A stretch of DNA of 64,000 bases from Squalus acanthias (Eukaryota): positions 47,120,001 through 47,184,000 of the forward strand of contig CM059427.1 of assembly GCA_030390025.1 (NCBI GenBank), read 5' to 3'. How positions within the stretch are numbered: the first letter of the stretch is position 1; the number at the start of each line of letters is the position of its first letter. Both the position numbers and the translations under genes were made by a program. Under the pieces are notes generated by a model. It did no database searches. It was not told where the DNA came from and was given only the letters and a program-made list of their open reading frames with translations. Shown piece by piece: positions 63,356 to 64,000 of the stretch.

Positions 63356-64000
63356 CTTCTTCTTAGGCAGTCCCTCGGAACCGAGGATGACTTGCTTCCA
63401 CACTAGAAATGAGTTCTCAGGTGACTAATGAGTCCAATGCGGGACCTACAGTCTCTGTCACAGGTGGGGCAGACGGTGGTTGAAGGGGCGGGTGGGTGGG
63501 GTGCTTGGGTTGACGTGCGCTCCTTCCGCTGTTTGCGCTTGTCTTCCACTTGCTCCCAACGAAGAGACTCGAGGTGTTCGGCGCCTTCCCGGATGCTTCT
63601 CCTCCACTTTGTGCAGTCTTGGGCTAGGGATTCCCAGGTGTCGGTGGGGATGTTGCACTTTTTCAAGGAGGCTTTGAGGGTGTCCTTGAAGCATTTCCTC
63701 TGCCCACCTGGGGCTCTCTTGCCGTGTCGGAGCTCCGAGTAGAGCGCTTGTTTTGGGAGTCTCGTATCGGGCATGCGGATGATGTGGCCCGTCCATAGGA
63801 GCTGATCGAGCGTGGTCAAAGCTTTGATGTTGGGGATGTTGGCCTGAGCGAGAACACTGACGTTGGTGCGCCTATCTTGCCAATGGATTTGCAGGATCTT
63901 GCGGAGGCAGCATTGGTGGTACCTCTCCAGTGCTTTGAGGTGCCTGCTGTACATGGTTCATGTCTCTGAAGCATACAAGAGGGCGGGTATCACTACTGCT
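63356..64000 (-). mobile_element. RTE (BovB-like) LINE 3' end, continuing past the window edge
   Basis: LERYHQCCLRKILQIHWQD, WTGHIIRMPDTRLPKQALY, GGQRK.FKDTLK, C-terminal CPTC..HLRTH zinc finger; short 3' UTR and (AAG)n tail. Confidence 0.93.

Overview
Vertebrate genomic DNA, very likely a cartilaginous fish (shark), judged from an HE1-type V-SINE, HER1/CR1-type LINE tails and DeuSINE/LF-SINE-like relics. The window is intronic/intergenic and dominated by nested transposable elements: CR1, L2, a second CR1-group LINE, an RTE/BovB-like LINE, Penelope-like elements (PLEs) forming inverted repeats with minimal hammerhead ribozyme motifs, a ~1.5 kb solo LTR, and a cluster of PIF/Harbinger DNA transposons. 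One Harbinger is near full length (spliced Myb/SANT gene convergent with a HARBI1-like DDE transposase); the others are deletion derivatives and MITEs. A TE-poor block at ~20.7-31.9 kb contains a candidate promoter and short first coding exon of an unidentified minus-strand host gene (~28.8-29.5 kb). No intact host CDS, rRNA, true tRNA or CRISPR array was seen. Family names come from motif recognition, not database searches.
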